From an uncultured Candidatus Binatia bacterium (GTDB lineage Bacteria; Desulfobacterota; Binatia; UBA9968; CAXXLF01): a stretch of DNA of 64,000 nucleotides. Numbering within the stretch: position 1 is the stretch's first letter; each line of letters starts with the position of its first letter. Shown in pieces: positions 20,173 through 29,138 of this stretch. The position numbers and the translations under genes are program-made. The notes under the pieces were generated by a model. The model was not told the origin of the DNA, did not search any database, and saw only the letters and a program-made list of their open reading frames with translations. Location: positions 4,096,001 through 4,160,000 of the forward strand of contig OZ244621.1 of the NCBI GenBank assembly GCA_965218425.1, written 5' to 3'.

Positions 20173-21291
20173 ATGGCTGGAGTAATCGATGCCGACACCC
20201 ATATTATCGAGCACCCGGAACTGTGGGAACATTTTGACAAAGAGATGTATCACCGCCGGCCGGTCCTTGCCTCCACAACTTCCGACAGTGTTTACGGAAG
20301 CAACAATCAGGTCTGGCTTATCAATGGTATGGCCATACCTAAACGATCGGGCAAAGGAAGCGCCATCGTGGCGGTGGGGGGCTCGGACTCCGAAAACGCC
20401 CGCACCGACATTGACGCATCCGTTCGCTATATCACCGACCCGGCGGCCCGCGTCCGTGACATGGACAAGAGGGGCGTGGAAGTGGAGGTGGTTTACCCAA
20501 CCCTCCTCCTCGCCTACCTGACTGACGATGTGGATCTTGAAGTGGCCATCTGCCGCGCATACAACCGATTTATGGCGCGGGCCTGGCGGGAGGCGGGGGA
20601 CCGTCTGCGCTGGGTGGTGGTGCCGCCGTTACGCAATATCCAGGAGTCCGTCCGTGAGATCGAGACGTCCCGAGATAACGGCGCCGTGGGTGTGTTTTTC
20701 CGTGGGGTGGAAGGCGACCGCTCTCTGGCCGAGTCGTACTTCTATCCCGTGTACGAGGCGGCCAACCGGCTAAAGTTGTCCATATGTGTTCACACCGGTG
20801 CCGGCTCCCCCGGAGTCACAAGCGTGTTCGATCGCACCGTCAGCCACAATCTGCCTCATGTGCGATCCCTGCCCCTGTTCGCCTTCCGCGACCTCGTGGC
20901 TCACAAGATCCCCGAGCGTTTCCCCGATCTGCGAGTTGGCTTCATCGAAGCGTCGGCTTCGTGGGTTCCCTACGTTCTCCATCACCTGCAGCGTTCCAGC
21001 CGCATAGGCAGCAAGAGCGGTGGAGACGCCGATGCAACGCTGGAGTGGGGCCCCAAGCTTTTCCGCGACTATAGACTCTATGTGGCGATGGAGACGGACG
21101 AGGACTTACCCTACTTGGTTCAACATATCGGTGAAGACAACATGATCATAGGCTCGGACTACGGGCACCTGGATCAGTCAAAGGACAACGGGATGGTGGC
21201 GATCATGCGAAGACGGGAGGACATGCCGCCGCATGTGATCGAAAAGATCCTGTGCGAGAATCCCCGACGGTTCTACGGGCTCCCGGCTTAA
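20173..21291 (+). CDS. Amidohydrolase family (Amidohydro_2) protein
   Basis: IDADTH, ICVHTG, IGSDYGH. Confidence 0.9.
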   Translation: MAGVIDADTHIIEHPELWEHFDKEMYHRRPVLASTTSDSVYGSNNQVWLINGMAIPKRSGKGSAIVAVGGSDSENARTDIDASVRYITDPAARVRDMDKRGVEVEVVYPTLLLAYLTDDVDLEVAICRAYNRFMARAWREAGDRLRWVVVPPLRNIQESVREIETSRDNGAVGVFFRGVEGDRSLAESYFYPVYEAANRLKLSICVHTGAGSPGVTSVFDRTVSHNLPHVRSLPLFAFRDLVAHKIPERFPDLRVGFIEASASWVPYVLHHLQRSSRIGSKSGGDADATLEWGPKLFRDYRLYVAMETDEDLPYLVQHIGEDNMIIGSDYGHLDQSKDNGMVAIMRRREDMPPHVIEKILCENPRRFYGLPA

Positions 21292-21313
21292 GTTTAACCA
21301 CTGCACGTATTTG

Positions 21314-21392
21314 TCCCCTCGTCGCAGATTGTGGCAGGGCGAGGGGGGCCTGCACCGAAGAAAGGGAGCCGTCCGATACTGGAGGTCATGCC
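21314..21392 (-). repeat. Partial internal copy of repeat family A
   Basis: tcccctcgtcg...ggggcctgcaccgaagaaagggagccgtccgatactgg matches ~13859-13938. Confidence 0.7.
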
Positions 21393-21648
21393 AGTTGACT
21401 GCCGCCACAACATCATCCACCGTGCCCAGGCAAGAACGGCGGGAACGAAGAATGCATCGTTGGGCAATACAAGATCTTTTTGAGCAGGACCTGATCCCGG
21501 CGGCAGTCAACGGAGGAACCCAATTCAAAAGGCCGGGGGGGAACCGAAAACTAGCCTTTCTATCCGCCCTCCCTTCCTCACCTTGATTTCAAGATACGAC
21601 ACTATTAGGATCGAATCCAAACTGGTATGCGATTGAGGGGGTAAACCG

Positions 21649-22740
21649 ATGCTTCTCATTAACAATCAGGAAGTGGAGCAGTTGCTGCCGATGGAGGACT
21701 GCATTCCCGTCATCGAGGAGGGATATCGAGAACTCGGCGCAGGCCGTGCAGCCAACTTCCCGGAAGGGGGGCGGATGGACGTTCAAGCGCCCTCGTCGGG
21801 TGAGCAGCGGGAGCGGTGCTATATCTGGGGCGGTTTGGCCGGGGTGCTCCCCGCACGGGAGATATTTGCCATTCGGATGAAAAGCGATATCAGATACTCT
21901 GAGTTGGACGTCAACGGGGTTCCCACGCAAAAGAAGTTTTGTATGGAACCCGGCACGTATTGTGGCCTGGTGTTTCTGTTCAGCACTCGTACGGCGGAAC
22001 CCCTGGCGGTGATCAACGATGGGGTGGTGCAGCATCTTCGGGTTGCGGCCACCAGCGCTGTGGCCGCCAAGTATCTCGCCCGAAAGGACAGCAAAACCCT
22101 GGGCCTCATCGGATCGGGCGGTATGGCGAGGACCCATGCTCTAGCGTTTCGCGCGGTGCTGCCCATAGAACAGATCAAGGTTTTCAGCACCACCCCCTCA
22201 CACCGCACTGAGTTCGCCAGGGAAATGTCGGACAGGATGGGCATCGAGGTAAGGGCCATGGATAGCCCTGAGGAGGCGGTCAGAGACGTGGACCTCCTCT
22301 GCAGTTGCACGGATTCCCTATGGCCGGTGGTCAAAGAGAGCTGGTTGGAATCGGGAATGCATGTTAGCTGTGTGCTGACCTATGAAGTGGAGCCCAAGGC
22401 GGTGGAGCGGGCGGATGTGGTGGTACGCCACCTCAAAGGCGCAGCCATAGGAGTAAAGGCATCCGCAAATGAATTGGAGGAGCAGGAACGGACTCGAGAG
22501 AGTCGCAATCGCCGGTATGGGCACCCCCTGGAGTCCAAGGAACTACCCACCCTGGCTGACCTTGTGACCCACAAGATCCCCGGCAGGACGTCCCGCGACC
22601 AGATTACTTATTATCACAACATGCCCGGCTGCGGGATTCAGTTCGCTTCGGTGGGTGCGAGGATTCTGGAACGAGCCAGGAAGGAAGGGGTAGGAAGAGA
22701 ACTGCCAACCGAATGGTTCCTGCAAGATATTCGTGACTAG
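21649..22740 (+). CDS. Ornithine cyclodeaminase/mu-crystallin family protein
   Basis: LRVAATSAVAAKYLAR, LIGSGGMA, VRDVDLLCSCT. Confidence 0.85.
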   Translation: MLLINNQEVEQLLPMEDCIPVIEEGYRELGAGRAANFPEGGRMDVQAPSSGEQRERCYIWGGLAGVLPAREIFAIRMKSDIRYSELDVNGVPTQKKFCMEPGTYCGLVFLFSTRTAEPLAVINDGVVQHLRVAATSAVAAKYLARKDSKTLGLIGSGGMARTHALAFRAVLPIEQIKVFSTTPSHRTEFAREMSDRMGIEVRAMDSPEEAVRDVDLLCSCTDSLWPVVKESWLESGMHVSCVLTYEVEPKAVERADVVVRHLKGAAIGVKASANELEEQERTRESRNRRYGHPLESKELPTLADLVTHKIPGRTSRDQITYYHNMPGCGIQFASVGARILERARKEGVGRELPTEWFLQDIRD

Positions 22741-22820
22741 AATTGCGGAATTCCCTCGAGACCATCGGCAAAAGCCTCGCAGCCGACTGGCATCAGGACA
22801 ATCCAATCAAGTAACGAAAA

Positions 22821-23360
22821 CTAGGGGTCGTGATAGTTAAACTCGTTGTGTTGGATGGTGTTGATAAAAACGAGGGATAGAGGCTGTCCCCTCTCCTTCG
22901 CCAGGTCAAGCAAACCAGTAATCGCCTTGGCCCTGGGGTAAAAGGCTCCATAACCCAACCGTTCGTAAATTTCCTTCTCCGGGAGGCTCGCTCCGTAGAT
23001 GATGCCGGCATAAGGGATCAAGCTCCGTGGCAGCGCCTCAGCCAGTGGCAGCCCCTGACCGGCATTGTTGCCGATGAGCACATAATCCACTGAATCGCTC
23101 AGTTCTTTAAGCGCGCCTACGATCCCCTCCATCGAGACCTCATCCCAGGTTTTCATCTCAATCTTTGTTTGCTCCGCGGTTAAAGGAACCGGCGAACTCT
23201 GTGGCACCTGATATTGCCCGTCCAGTTGAGCCACGCGAGTCCAGGGAAGCGGCGGATTGGTGACAAAATGACCCACTGTTACCTCGTTATCTAGAATCAA
23301 CGCTACGAACTGATCCGCCAATACTCGGGACAATTCACTTCCAATTGACATAGTGGTCAC
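22821..23360 (-). CDS. Hypothetical protein
   Basis: 179-codon ORF filling the gap between known genes, with protein-like composition; no family recognised. Confidence 0.65.
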   Translation of the reverse strand: MTTMSIGSELSRVLADQFVALILDNEVTVGHFVTNPPLPWTRVAQLDGQYQVPQSSPVPLTAEQTKIEMKTWDEVSMEGIVGALKELSDSVDYVLIGNNAGQGLPLAEALPRSLIPYAGIIYGASLPEKEIYERLGYGAFYPRAKAITGLLDLAKERGQPLSLVFINTIQHNEFNYHDP

Positions 23361-23456
23361 TCGGATCCAAACGCTACGGATTCCCCAAAGCCGCCTACCA
23401 TAATCAAAAATCCAAAATCAGCAGACTTTTTCGCTTTTTACCTTTTTCCTTCTTCA

Positions 23457-24596
23457 TCACGGTGCGCCATAGAACTTCACGGTGTTGTCGTACAGAAATT
23501 TTCGTTTCTGATCGGACGAGAGATCGTGTCGTTCGAGTATTTCCAATGCAGCGTTCTCCCGACCCTCATTGTGCGGGATATCCGATGCGTAGAGGATGTG
23601 ATCCTCTCCCACAAGCTGGATCTCCTGTTGGAGCAATGCATCGTCGGCCTCCGGCGCCACGAAGATTCTCCCCGATTTAACATAGTCCTCGATCCGTTGT
23701 CGTGGCAGGCTGTTGGTTCCTGGCATCTCCAGATCTTTGTCGATGGGTAGGTAGTGGTCCATTCGCTGTACCATGTATAGCATCCACTCTGCTCCGAACT
23801 CTAGAAACGCAATTCTCAAATCAGGGTAGCGATCAACCATACCTTGTCCAACGATGGCCGCGAAAGCCAGCTGGCCTGGAATACCCATTCCAATGGCATG
23901 GGCAGAAAAAATATTGTTGCACAGGTCCTCAAAGGGCGGATAACTCATTCCCATGTGAACACACAGGGGAAGCCCGGTGCGTGAAAACTCGTCCCAGACG
24001 GGAACGAAGCCAGCATGGGACAAGGGAAGCTCACCCACAGTTCCAAAAACCACCGCTGCGCAAGCCCCCAGAGACTGGATTTCCTCGAGGGCGGCAAGGG
24101 CCTGCCTGGTTTCCCTGAGGGGCAACAAGGCGGCCCATTTGAGCCTCTTTTTGTCACCTTGACACTGCTCGCCCATGTAGCGGTTATAGGACCGCCACAG
24201 GGCGGTTTCGAAGCCGGCATCAGGGGTCATTCGAGCATACAGTGTGCTGGGAAAAAGTACCTGGCTATCGATCCCCAACCGGTCCATATCGCGCAGGCGA
24301 GCCTGAGGGTCCGAAAGGTCCCTACTGCCGAGAGGGAACTCCTTTCGGTCCCGTGGAGCTCCGAACTCTTCAAGAATACTCTGCGGCGTGTTTGCCGGTT
24401 GCGCCCCCCGACCGGTGGGGCGGGGCAGGATACGACCATCAATCATCCACCCGGTGTTATACCGACCCATGTCCGCGTCTCCTGCTTTGACCGGCCGAGG
24501 CCGTCGAACGGAGTACTCGCTGGGCAAGTCGGCCCACATCCTTGGACTTAGATTCACATGAGCATCGGCATCAAAGATGCTGTAGCCTTCTAACAT
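23457..24596 (-). CDS. Amidohydrolase family (Amidohydro_2) protein
   Basis: FDADAH, PLCVH, YASDIPH; GGAGG RBS. Confidence 0.9.
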   Translation of the reverse strand: MLEGYSIFDADAHVNLSPRMWADLPSEYSVRRPRPVKAGDADMGRYNTGWMIDGRILPRPTGRGAQPANTPQSILEEFGAPRDRKEFPLGSRDLSDPQARLRDMDRLGIDSQVLFPSTLYARMTPDAGFETALWRSYNRYMGEQCQGDKKRLKWAALLPLRETRQALAALEEIQSLGACAAVVFGTVGELPLSHAGFVPVWDEFSRTGLPLCVHMGMSYPPFEDLCNNIFSAHAIGMGIPGQLAFAAIVGQGMVDRYPDLRIAFLEFGAEWMLYMVQRMDHYLPIDKDLEMPGTNSLPRQRIEDYVKSGRIFVAPEADDALLQQEIQLVGEDHILYASDIPHNEGRENAALEILERHDLSSDQKRKFLYDNTVKFYGAP

Positions 24597-24714
24597 GACT
24601 CCTCCAAATTTGAATCATTCAGACATTGCTTGCGCTAGGTGATTGGCATTGTATGTCTCTATTCTTTTTGTCGTAAAGTTTCAACGTCCCATTTTACGGA
24701 ATTGCGAAAAAGAT

Positions 24715-24905
24715 GACTCGCGCGAAGACGCAAAGCCCGCCAAGTATCAATAAAGCTACAAATTCGAAACAAATCCAAATGACCAAAGAACTTAAATTTC
24801 TAAACAATCTCGTTCCAGGTTTTGATTTTGGGATTTCAGTGCTTTCGTTTGTTTCGGATTTCGAGCTTCGGAATCCGGATTTTAATTATGTGGCGTTTGG
24901 CGCGA
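24715..24905. repeat. Palindromic intergenic repeat family B, copy 1
   Basis: gactcgcgcgaagacgcaaag...tacaaattcgaaacaaa with inverted partner tttgtttcggattt; similar to 31044 and 6728. Confidence 0.65.
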
Positions 24906-24978
24906 AGAACTTCCTTGAAGTCATTCTTTGCGGGATTCAATCGGTAGGAATCAAAAATCTAAAATCAAATTACTTGCT

Positions 24979-25491
24979 TTACTTTTTATTTTTGCCTTCT
25001 TCCGAGGGATTGTCTCGATGCCACCTGGCGGCAAAGTCGGTCAATATCAAGTTCAGGGTTTCCTTGACCTGCGCCGTGGCCTTATGGGGCATGCCCGCAA
25101 GGATATATTGGCCATCCCACACCGGTGCCCAGACAACTTCCGCGGTTTTCTTAATTGCCACGAGTCTAAATGCTTCGACCTCGATTACCCCATAGTACCG
25201 AATTGTCGATCCCTCCCCCCCAATCACTCCAAAGGTAGCATCCACCAGCAACATACCTTCAGCCGATGGTTGGTTGACCATCAGGCGCGGAACTTTATGC
25301 TGCAATAACACGGTTGTATGAGCTTTTATCCATTCCTCTTCTAACCCGATCATCTTCTCCTTGCGGTCCAGATTGTCCACAACGACAGTAACCCCTTCTA
25401 ATTGAGCCAGTTCGGTAGATTGCGCCGCGGCTTTGCCCTGTCCCGCCAAAAGAAGCAACGTAAATAAATTCATCAGCAATATCCGGTGCAT
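24979..25491 (-). CDS. Hypothetical exported protein
   Basis: Signal-like MHRILLMNLFTLLLLAGQGKAAA; GGAGG RBS; TTGACA-17-GAGAAT upstream. Confidence 0.7.
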   Translation of the reverse strand: MHRILLMNLFTLLLLAGQGKAAAQSTELAQLEGVTVVVDNLDRKEKMIGLEEEWIKAHTTVLLQHKVPRLMVNQPSAEGMLLVDATFGVIGGEGSTIRYYGVIEVEAFRLVAIKKTAEVVWAPVWDGQYILAGMPHKATAQVKETLNLILTDFAARWHRDNPSEEGKNKK

Positions 25492-25896
25492 GTAGTGCCT
25501 CCCCTCCCTGTTCCTTCGCATTCTCCTTCACGAGATCAAGGGTGTCAACACACCAATGGACCTCAATAAGTTGCTGAAATTTTGATGCTTTTGGGCTGAT
25601 GCACCAATTATCCACAGGTTGAAATAAAAGTCGATATTGGATAGCCTCAGTGCCAATGCAGAGGGTCGAGACACAACCACCGAGAACGCCGCTAATACCA
25701 TGGGCGCTCAATTCATGGCTGACTGGCAGACCCCACGGGCCATCAAACGCCTAGCGAACATGAGGAATTATGCAATGATCAAATGGGAGATGCGGCAGCA
25801 CAGGGTGGGGAGCACCACCCCGTGGTAGCCGACCCGCATGGAGAACACGTGGGGGAAACCCCTTGGGGTGATTCCTCCCGAGACCATCTCCCCAAC

Positions 25897-28002
25897 ATGA
25901 TGGGTTCGCAGGCTGTTATCCCTGGTACAGGTTCCTCCCTTGCCGGCATCTTCCCCTACGCCATTACCATCTTCACGGCGGCCTTTCTGCTCTTCCAGGT
26001 ACAACCCTTGATCGCAAAGTATATCCTGCCCTGGTTCGGCGGGGGGCCGACGGTATGGAGCACCTGTATCTTGTTTTTCCAGGTGTTGCTCCTTGGGGGA
26101 TACAGCTACGCTCATTTCAGCGTTCGCTGTTTCGGGCTTCGGACTCAGGTACTGTTGCACGGCGTGCTGTTGTTGATGACTCTCATTCAGTTGCCCATTA
26201 CGCCTGACGGGGACTGGAAGCCACTCTCCTCGGCGGGCCCCACCTGGCATATCCTGCTTCTGCTGGGCGTAACCGTGGGTATTCCATACTTTGTCCTCTC
26301 TTCCAGCACTCCGCTGCTACAGGCGTGGTTTAGCCAGGCTCACCCTGGAGTGTCTCCTTACCGGCTCTACGCTTTATCCAACACCGGATCCTTGCTGGCG
26401 TTGCTGAGCTATCCATTTGTATTCGAGCCATTGCTCTCTAGAGGTGCCCAGGCCACGTTTTGGGCCGTAGGCTTTGGGATATTCGCCGCCACCACTCTCC
26501 TTTGCATCTTTGTCGGGTGGCGAAGGGGTTCTGCGAGCCCCCATACGGATGTCCCACCACCTTCATCCGAAGCGGCGATCACTCACCCAACCCTCGGGAC
26601 GCGCACCCTCTGGCTGCTCTTCCCGGCCTGCGCTGCCGTGCTGCTTCTGGCAGTGACCAATCAAATCACCATGGATTTCGTCGTGGTGCCCTTTCTCTGG
26701 GTGCTGCCTCTGTCTCTGTACCTCCTGACCTTCATTTTGAGCTTCGAAGGCGAGCGTTGGTATTCCCGCGGTTTCTTTGTAACGGCCCTTCTGCCGTCAC
26801 TCATCGCCTCCCTAGTGGTTCTGGAAGGGGAGGAACATGTGGATATCATCGTGCAGGTCGCGGTCTTCTCCCTGGTACTGTTCGTCTGCTGTATGATCTG
26901 CCATGGCGAGCTGAGCCGAAGGAAACCAAATCCCAGATACCTGACCGATTACTACCTGATGATCGCCTTGGGTGGCGCATTGGGCGGGGTCCTGGTAACG
27001 CTCGTTGCTCCCTTGATCTTCGTCGATTATTTGGAACTCCACGTGGGTCTCCTCGGCACCGGCGTTCTCTGCTTCATCGCACTTTACGCTGACAAAAGCT
27101 CCTGGTTCCATCGAAGAGGATTGTCCTGGGGCACGATTCCCCTAATCCTCGCGTTTCTAGTAGTGGCCGGATTGTTCTTCATACAGGCAAGGGCACCACA
27201 CCAGTCGGCGATCCTCAGGACACGGAACTTTTACGGCGTCCTATCGGTGCTCCTTTTGTCACCTGGAACCCCCTTTGAGCGCCTCGAGCTCCTCCATGGC
27301 CGGGTGCGCCACGGAACACAGTTTACTGCGCCGGAGAAGAGGGGACTGGCAACCGGGTACTATACGGCCGACAGTGGCGCAGGTTTGGTCCTGGAACATT
27401 TCCCGCGCCAACGCCAGCGGCGAATCGGCCTTGTAGGCCTTGGGGCCGGGACTCTCGTTTCCTTCACCCGACGGGGCGATACAGTCAGAATCTACGAAAT
27501 TAACCCGGAGATCCGTCGCCTTGCGGAGTCCTATTTTACCTATTTGCGGGACTCGGAAGCCGAAATCGAGATTGTCATGGGAGACGCCCGCCTTTCCATG
27601 GAACGAGACCCTCCGCAGGAGTTCGATATTCTCTTGCTGGACGCCTTTTCAGGAGACGCTATCCCCGTTCACCTGCTCACCACCCAGGCCTTCGAGATCT
27701 ATCTGCGCCATCTCAAGCCCGATGGTGTCATCGCCCTGTTGATCGACACGGAGCATCTCAATTTCGACGCCGTCATTAGCCGTCTGGCGGACCATCTTGG
27801 TCTGAAGTCCGTCAGAATCTTCACGCCTGATGGCCCGAACGAGGATTGGGGCGCCAACTGGATGCTCCTCGCGCGGGACGGGGAGTTTCTCACGCTGCCT
27901 CCCATCGCTGGTGCGGCGGCCAGGGACCGGGCAAGCTACAAGAGCGTGAGGCTTTGGACCGACGACTACACCAGCCTCCTGCCGCTCATTGAATTCGATT
28001 GA
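25897..28002 (+). CDS. Fused multi-TM (MFS-like) / spermidine-synthase-like SAM-binding protein
   Basis: FLLFQVQPLIAKYILPWFGG, YRLYALSNTGSL, RNFYGVL, VGLGAGT, YEINP, GDARL, LLLDAFSGD. Start uncertain (25783-25900). Confidence 0.85.
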   Translation: MMGSQAVIPGTGSSLAGIFPYAITIFTAAFLLFQVQPLIAKYILPWFGGGPTVWSTCILFFQVLLLGGYSYAHFSVRCFGLRTQVLLHGVLLLMTLIQLPITPDGDWKPLSSAGPTWHILLLLGVTVGIPYFVLSSSTPLLQAWFSQAHPGVSPYRLYALSNTGSLLALLSYPFVFEPLLSRGAQATFWAVGFGIFAATTLLCIFVGWRRGSASPHTDVPPPSSEAAITHPTLGTRTLWLLFPACAAVLLLAVTNQITMDFVVVPFLWVLPLSLYLLTFILSFEGERWYSRGFFVTALLPSLIASLVVLEGEEHVDIIVQVAVFSLVLFVCCMICHGELSRRKPNPRYLTDYYLMIALGGALGGVLVTLVAPLIFVDYLELHVGLLGTGVLCFIALYADKSSWFHRRGLSWGTIPLILAFLVVAGLFFIQARAPHQSAILRTRNFYGVLSVLLLSPGTPFERLELLHGRVRHGTQFTAPEKRGLATGYYTADSGAGLVLEHFPRQRQRRIGLVGLGAGTLVSFTRRGDTVRIYEINPEIRRLAESYFTYLRDSEAEIEIVMGDARLSMERDPPQEFDILLLDAFSGDAIPVHLLTTQAFEIYLRHLKPDGVIALLIDTEHLNFDAVISRLADHLGLKSVRIFTPDGPNEDWGANWMLLARDGEFLTLPPIAGAAARDRASYKSVRLWTDDYTSLLPLIEFD

Positions 28003-28080
28003 CGAGGAAGTCTCTATGACGCTACATTGCACAGCCAATTGCAAGATTGACAAACTAGATTCCCACGGCAGGGCAGACCG

Positions 28081-28761
28081 ATGATTTACGTGTTCACTTT
28101 CATTCTGGCGTTTTGCAGCATCGCTTACGAGCTCCTGCTGGGACAATCCCTATCCGCATTTCTGGGCAACACGGTGCTACGCTACAGCGTCACCATCGGG
28201 CTGTACATGCTCTCCATGGGGATCGGGTCCTTGATGGCGGAGGGGAGATTCGTGAAAAGTCCGGTGACGGCTCTCCTCAAAATTGAGCTTTTGTTGACGG
28301 TGACGGGAGGCTTCTCAGTCATCGCGCTACTGGTCCTGGATTCTGCCGGCATGCCGCCCATCCTCTTTTCCGCCCTCGCCCATTCCCTGATCATTATCAT
28401 CGGTATATTGACCGGGTTCGAAATCCCGCTGCTCATGCATTTGAAGAATCTCGAGCGAGATCAGTCCGAAAGCTCTGTGCTCGGGGTCGACTACCTGGGG
28501 GCGTTTTGCGGCACGGTGGTTTTCGCTTTCGTGTTCTATCCCATTGTGGGGCTGATCCCCACGGCGTTCTTTGTGGCCACCCTGAATGCGGCGGTGGGGG
28601 TTGCCCTGCTGACCCAGTCAAGCAAAGTTCAATCCCACGAGCACAGACAGTACCGCGCATTGATCGGGCTGCAGGCCGTTTTGCTAGTGGTCCTGGTGGG
28701 TTGCCTTTCCACCGCTGGTACGATAAACGAGCTTTTCTTAAAATACTACCTGGAGGCGTGA
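28081..28761 (+). CDS. Membrane protein homologous to the N-terminal TM domain of membrane spermidine synthases
   Basis: CSIAYELLL, GILTGFEIPLL and VLGVDYLGA are paralogous to the N-terminus of the 29128 gene. Confidence 0.8.
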   Translation: MIYVFTFILAFCSIAYELLLGQSLSAFLGNTVLRYSVTIGLYMLSMGIGSLMAEGRFVKSPVTALLKIELLLTVTGGFSVIALLVLDSAGMPPILFSALAHSLIIIIGILTGFEIPLLMHLKNLERDQSESSVLGVDYLGAFCGTVVFAFVFYPIVGLIPTAFFVATLNAAVGVALLTQSSKVQSHEHRQYRALIGLQAVLLVVLVGCLSTAGTINELFLKYYLEA

Positions 28762-28769
28762 GGGATAGG

Positions 28770-29138
28770 ATGAAACCAAGATCTGACTTTGGCAAACATT
28801 TTCTAATCGACCTGCGTGACTGTGATCCTGAGGTTATCAAATCCGTGGCTCCCACCAGGGAGGTCGTCATGCGCGCCGCCAAGGAGTGCGGGGCGACGAT
28901 CCTGGACGACCATTTTCACCAGTTCCAACCCATGGGCGTGAGCGGAGTGGTGTTAATCGCAGAGTCCCACATCAGCGTTCACACCTGGCCGGAAAGCGGT
29001 TTTGCCGCCGCCGACATATTTACCTGTGGAGAGATGAATCCACAGGTGGCCATCGACACCATGCGGGAAGGATTCCACGCCAAAGAAACCTCAATGTCGA
29101 TGAAAGTAATCGTGAGAGGTCAACTTGATGGCAAATAA
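28770..29138 (+). CDS. speD: S-adenosylmethionine decarboxylase proenzyme (pyruvoyl)
   Basis: GKHFLIDL, FHQFQPMGVSGVVLIAESHISVHTWPE, DIFTCG. Confidence 0.92.
   Translation: MKPRSDFGKHFLIDLRDCDPEVIKSVAPTREVVMRAAKECGATILDDHFHQFQPMGVSGVVLIAESHISVHTWPESGFAAADIFTCGEMNPQVAIDTMREGFHAKETSMSMKVIVRGQLDGK

Noticed and set aside
3192..21392. CRISPR array or integron attC array
   Set aside because: The repeats are dispersed, in both orientations and without regular spacers; no cas or intI gene is present.
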